Part shown: positions 59,094 to 64,000 of the stretch, piece by piece
Layout of the letters: every line of letters begins with the position of its first letter
How positions within the stretch are numbered: the stretch's first letter is position 1
Source: an uncultured Gammaproteobacteria bacterium
GTDB lineage: Bacteria > Patescibacteriota > Microgenomatia > UBA12405
Length of the DNA stretch: 64,000 bases
Assembly: GCA_964448705.1 (NCBI GenBank)
Contig: CAYUZS010000004.1
Coordinates: 20,105-84,104 of the forward strand
Reading direction: 5' to 3'
Notes under the pieces: generated by a model
Seen by the model: only the letters and a program-made list of their open reading frames with translations
What the model was told of the DNA's origin: nothing
The model's database searches: none
Position numbers and translations under genes: made by a program

Positions 59094-61246
59094 TTATGCT
59101 GTAACCTTGGGTTTGTTGATAAAATCCATAAATTTAGTCATTTCAAGTTCCTTATTCTGAAACCAGTTTGTTGACCAAATTCTATATACAACATAACCCA
59201 TATGTTCCAGTTCTTTTTGTCTGTACATATCATACGCATAGGCTTCTTCTGATTGGTGGTACGACTTCCCGTCACACTCTAAAACATAGTTATGCCCATT
59301 GTACTTTATAACAAAGTCTAATCTGAATCCTCCTACTTTATGTTGCTGTACAACATCTTCCTTTTTGAATTTGTCCAACAATAATTCATATACTTCCTCC
59401 TCAAAAGGAGATTCTGAAAGACCATCATCATCAAATATAAGCTTCGGCTTTTCAAAACTTTGGAGTTTCAGTTCTGACAAAATACCTTCTGCTAGTACAC
59501 TATCTTTGTTTGAAATCGCTTCTGCGTAAGCCAAGTAAGCATACAATATTCCTCTTTTATTATTTCCACCTTCGCCTTTGATTAGTTCGGGATAAGACAC
59601 ATACTTTTCTTTTGGTATTGATGTACAAACATACACTTTATTCTTAGCCCTAGTAATTAAAACATTTAGTAGTTTATATCCCTCAATTCTATTTATTCTT
59701 GCAAAATTCTGAGAAAACTTACCATCAACACCATAACCATAAGTAGTGGAAATGATAATTATGTCCTTTTCGTCACCTTGTATGTTTTCAAGGTTTTTTA
59801 TGAAGAGTCCACTCTCTTTAAGGGCCAAATATTTTGTCAAAAAGTCAGAATCTGACTCTGCTACTTTATTCAAAGACTCGATGATTAAATTTCTTTGGTT
59901 GATATTAAAAGTAGCAATACCGACAGAAGGATACTTATTATTTGTGTTTAGTTGTATTTCATCTTTAATAATTCTGATAATCTCAGCAACCTCTGTAGGG
60001 TTGGTATTAGATTCATATCTGCCGTTCACAGGAATAAATTTTATTGGCGTATATTCTGATAACGCAGGAAAAGAAACTAAGTTTCCACCATAAAAAGCAG
60101 CATTTGAAAATTCAATAAGTGCCGGATGATTAGATCTATAATGATAATCCAAAGATGATTTATTAATATCTCTAAGATTTGAAGCATACTGAAGTAATGA
60201 TTCACTATCTGCTAACTCATCTTGTTCATTGTCATATTCTTCAAACTCATCATGAGCTTCTTCAAAGGTATTATTCGAACTTAAAAAGTAGTTAGAAGGG
60301 GGCATTTGATGCTCATCTCCGGCAATTATTTTATATTGACCTCTAATCAGACATGCGAACGTATCGGATATTCTTAATTGACTAGCTTCATCGAAAATTA
60401 TGACATTAAACAATCCCTGCTTTAGGGGTAATATGGCATTTGCAGCACTTGGATTTGTTAAGATTATCGGGAAAAGAGAAGTAAATAAGTCGAAATCTTT
60501 TTCGATTATCTTCCTTAACGAGTTCTTTGGACCAGAATTATTTTTTCTTAAGTTATAAAGGGTATTAAAGTTACCAGGGTATGAACTTAGTCTCAACCTT
60601 CTTTTAGTGTTCCACTTTGACTTAATCTGTTGGATCTGTTTTTCTTTAAGTTTGTTATATACAACGGATAACTCGACCAACTTCGCATCTGATTTATTGA
60701 AACCCACAGTCGATTTACTGTCGAAGTTTAGGAGTGACTTTTTAAAATACCATGCCATAAACACATTTTTCCAGTTCTCTGTAGGTATTTCTTTTAAAGC
60801 ATTAATGATATTTATTTCTGTTTCTGTTTTATTGTCTGAAAGATAATGCCTCCAATGGTGAAAATTTTCATATGAATCAAAGTTATTAATTACGTTTGTA
60901 ATGTTGTCATATATCGATAAATAATATTTATTTAAAGAATCAAAATCCTTAAAATCAGTATATTTTTTGTATGTGAAGCTATAAATTTTAGTATCAAGCA
61001 AAGTAACTAATTTTGAATCATTAGTGTTCAATTCTTTTTCAATTTTTTCTATTTCTTTAATTTTTTGATATTTTTTATTTAAATTCTCAAGAACACTTAC
61101 TGCATGTTCGTTCAGATCTTTAAAAGATACAAACGTATTTTTTTCAGGAAGTAATTCGATTGATAAGTATTTCTTTATTAAAGGCGCATCTTCCTTAAGC
61201 GATTTTAATGTGTCTACAATTTCTTGTCTCAACTTGTAAGAATCTT
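59094..61246 (-). pseudogene. SF1 (UPF1-like) helicase with C-terminal Vsr/DUF559-like nuclease, 5'-truncated
   Basis: FDEASQ, GDEHQMPP, HYRS, IQGDEKD, NV..TRAK, ESPFE...ECDG..YH; Walker A absent; the frame runs up to the IS end. Confidence 0.82.
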
Positions 61247-61310
61247 TGACCAGTACCCCTTAAACTAGACCAGTTAGCGCACATGGTTTAATAGTTAAGG
61301 AGGTACTTTT

Positions 61311-61559
61311 ATGCCAACAATTAATAAAGAAGTCAAACAAGAAATTTTAGATAAAGTTAAATCAGGTAAAACAGTTAAAGAAATAGCTACCCAATACGGT
61401 GTTTCTGATCGAACCATTTACGCTTGGTTGAAAAAAGGAGTCAGTGATAATGTTTCTATCCTGGAATTAGGAAAATTCAAAAAAGAAAATCAAATCCTTA
61501 AAGAAATCGTTGGTGCTTTAAGTGTGGAATTGGAGAGATTAAAAAAAAAGACCAGATGA
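61311..61559 (+). CDS. IS3 OrfA (HTH)
   Basis: IA.QYGVS..TIY.W followed by a leucine-zipper-like tail; SD aggagg. Confidence 0.9.
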   Translation: MPTINKEVKQEILDKVKSGKTVKEIATQYGVSDRTIYAWLKKGVSDNVSILELGKFKKENQILKEIVGALSVELERLKKKTR

Positions 61560-62436
61560 GCCATCTTTTTGTCACTGGTTACTAAATGTTGTCAAAACCA
61601 GATTAGATTCTAAATTAATTAGTTTTAGTAAAAACCAAATCATTAAATTATTGGGTGTTTCTAAAGCCAATTACTTTTACAAATCAATTCAGCCATCAAA
61701 AGACGAGATATTAAAAGAACAGATTTTATCAGTTCTGGAATCAAATCCTAGTTATGGTCACAGAAGGATTGCTCTAGCTCTGAGTATCAACAAAAAGAGA
61801 GCTAAAAGAGTCATGAAGCTTTATGGGATTAAACCTTACAAGCGGAAAGCCAGATGGAGAAAGCGAAGAGATGAAAGACGGCCGGAGGCCGTCTTCTCCA
61901 ATCAAATTAAAGGTTCTTTCCCAATTGTCCCCAATCTTACTTGGGTGTCTGATTTTACTTATCTTCGATTTAATTCAAAATTCATTTATCTGGCTACCTT
62001 TATGGATTTGTACACCCGAGAGATTGTAGGCTGGAGTTTAAGTGCTCGCCACACCAAAGATCTAATCATTAACGCTTTCTTTGATGCTTTTGAAAACAAA
62101 GGTGTTCTGCCTAAATTTGTTCATTCGGATCAGGGATCGGAATACAACTGTTTTGAATACACCAAACTAATCAGTGATTTAGGAGTCACTGTATCCATGA
62201 GTAAAAAAGCTTCTCCCTGGGAAAACGGTTATCAGGAATCATTTTATGATAATTTCAAAACTGATTTAGGATTGGAGTTTGACCGATTTAATTCTGTTGG
62301 TGAATTTGTCGAAGCCATTCATCAACAAATTAATTACTACAATCAAAGAAGAATCCACACCACTCTGAAGATGTCCCCGGTACAGTTTAAACAGCAATAC
62401 CTTTTACGCCAAATTCAATTTCACAAATCGGTCTAA
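61543..62436 (+). CDS. IS3 OrfB DDE transposase
   Basis: YGHRRI, W.SDFTY, HSDQGSEY, ENG.QESF, YYN..R.H; frame open from the A9 run. Confidence 0.9.
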   Translation, partial: KKRPDEPSFCHWLLNVVKTRLDSKLISFSKNQIIKLLGVSKANYFYKSIQPSKDEILKEQILSVLESNPSYGHRRIALALSINKKRAKRVMKLYGIKPYKRKARWRKRRDERRPEAVFSNQIKGSFPIVPNLTWVSDFTYLRFNSKFIYLATFMDLYTREIVGWSLSARHTKDLIINAFFDAFENKGVLPKFVHSDQGSEYNCFEYTKLISDLGVTVSMSKKASPWENGYQESFYDNFKTDLGLEFDRFNSVGEFVEAIHQQINYYNQRRIHTTLKMSPVQFKQQYLLRQIQFHKSV

Positions 62437-62456
62437 CAAAAGGGGTACTTGACAGA

Positions 62457-63359
62457 ATCAACGTCAAAAGAGGTCTTCGAGCCAAATGCGAAGCCGGATG
62501 GCGCCCAGGATCAGCTCCTGTGGGCTATATCAATCGGCTCACTGAAAATCGAATTGCCTATATTGATCTAGACCCAGAACGTGCCCCGATCGTTAAAGAA
62601 ATCTTTGAAAAAGTAGCCTATCAAGGTCATAGTGGCAGAACTATAAAATATTGGCTAGATAAAAGTGGATTCATAACTAGAGCTGGCAAAAGAATGGCTA
62701 TTAGTGAGGTTTATCGGGTATTAAGAAAACACTTCTACTACGGAGAGTTTGAATTTCCCGAAGACAGTGGGCATTGGTATCACGGCAAACATCCACCGAT
62801 AATAACCAAAGAACTTTATGATTTAGCTCAAAAACAAATTGCAGTTCCACCCAAAGAATGGAACAAAAAGTCTTTCCCGTTTAAGGGATTATTCAAATGC
62901 GGTCATTGCGGAGGTTCGATTACAGCCGAGGACAAATACAAGAAATTAATAAGCGGTAAATTCCGCCGTCATGTATATTATCACTGCGCTAGAACCATCG
63001 ATTATGATTGCGACCAACCCTACATTACCGAAGATGATTTGGTCCGGCAATTATTAGCAAAAATTAACGAAATTGAATTTAATCAAAAAGCCGTTGATGA
63101 AAAAATGAAACATGAGATTGAGCGATATCATCGCCTTCGATCCGATGTACTGCACCAAGAAATGTTTGAAAGGCAACTTGAAGTAATGGATTATCCAATC
63201 ATTAAAGAAAAATCACCAGAAGAGCGCATTAGAGGATATGTGATCCATGTTTTGAAAACTGGATTCTCAGAAGAAAAACAGGAAATACTGGCATTATTTA
63301 AGACCAGATTCATTTTAAAAGATAAGCAAATAATTAAAACCGAAGAAAACCCGATTTGA
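62457..63359 (+). pseudogene. Large serine recombinase lacking its catalytic N-terminal domain
   Basis: Frame starts right after the IS end: INVKRGLRAKCEAGWRPGSAPVGY, G.HPPII, LFKCGHCG...YYHC....C. Confidence 0.88.
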
Positions 63360-63516
63360 TATCTATTGATGTCTTTTAAATTGGAAAAACCGGTATAAAA
63401 TGTCTGCCAAGGGGTAAAAACTCTGTTGTCACTAATTTTTACTTAACTAAAAGTGTTTGAAGGAAGCAATTCCCTGGTGTCGCTTATTAGTTAATGTAAG
63501 AGGAGGTGAATAGTAA

Positions 63517-63687
63517 ATGAAACAGTTTACTGTCAAGACCGGTCAAAAAGCTCCTGAGTCTGGTATATACCGGGCAAAAGGTAGTTACGTTGAAATCGCT
63601 CTTTCTAAAGACGATCGAGTCCCACCAAATAACTTTGGTAAGACTCCGAAATTCGTCTTTATGCATGGAACGAAAGGTGGTCGATAA
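63517..63687 (+). CDS. YjzC-like small protein (not in ORF track)
   Basis: MKQFTVKTGQKAPESGIYRAKGSYVEIALSKDDRVPP...; strong SD aggaggtga at 63501. Confidence 0.75.
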   Translation: MKQFTVKTGQKAPESGIYRAKGSYVEIALSKDDRVPPNNFGKTPKFVFMHGTKGGR

Positions 63688-63858
63688 TCTACAGCAGGGG
63701 TTTTACCCCTGCTCTTATATTCATAATACACCAAAGAAAACATCCCCTCGAGGACATGGGTCTGGAACGAAATCAAAGCTAAACAGGAACAAATGAATTA
63801 TTGGTCAGGGGAGTAGCACCACCTATATTACATGGAATGATAGGGAAAAAACGATAAT

Positions 63859-63945
63859 TGGCGGAGGGAGGGGGATTCGAACCCCCGAGCCTTTTACAGC
63901 GCACGCTTTCCAAGCGTGTGGAATGAACCACTATCCGATCCCTCC
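63859..63945 (-). tRNA. tRNA-Ser(GGA)
   Basis: ggaggga acceptor stem, anticodon arm cacgc-ttGGAaa-gcgtg, long variable arm, ggttcgaatcc T-arm, encoded CCA. Confidence 0.96.
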
Positions 63946-64000
63946 AATACTTTTTTTTTAATTTGCTGGTATTCTAAATATCCTTTGTTGGATTTTAGAT

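Larger units (their letters stand above)
61247..62454 (+). mobile_element. IS3-family insertion sequence (1208 bp)
   Basis: Inverted ends tgaccagtaccccttaaactagac / gtctaacaaaaggggtacttgaca with TG...CA termini; orfA and orfB inside. Confidence 0.92.
43000..63858. mobile_element. tRNA-Ser-anchored genomic island / cassette array
   Basis: Lies on the tRNA 3' side; serine recombinase remnant, IS, R-M-like genes and repeated att-like sites; left boundary approximate. Confidence 0.75.

Noticed and set aside
63585-63796. Track ORFs 63585..63776 and 63590..63796
   Set aside because: They overlap the better-supported YjzC-like ORF and have no motifs

Overview
AT-rich bacterial chromosome segment whose gene content points to a Patescibacteria/CPR genome, Microgenomates-like (inference from DUF4012 protein, PrgI-VirB4 cluster, stand-alone 5'-3' exonuclease, leaderless genes). 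Positions 1-42 kb are core genome: ftsH, surface-glycan genes, the jag-yidC-yidD-rnpA-rpmH-dnaA-dnaN block with DnaA boxes, a T4SS-like cluster, repair genes, and a copper/redox cluster. That cluster includes an uncalled 27-aa metallothionein-like ORF. Positions ~42-63.9 kb are an accessory island anchored at the 3' end of tRNA-Ser(GGA), with a truncated large serine recombinase and an IS3 element. The island is divided into 1-11-gene segments by about ten co-oriented short repeats. The main repeat family resembles the tRNA 3' end, suggesting an integron-like cassette array built by a serine recombinase. Two cargo modules stand out: (i) two DNA methyltransferases facing a coupled PD-(D/E)xK nuclease plus TGT/DpdA-fold gene pair, and (ii) a six-gene kinase / glycosyltransferase / prenyl synthase / CrtC-like / kinase / PHP cluster bounded by direct repeats. 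All calls come from motif recognition by eye; no searches were run.
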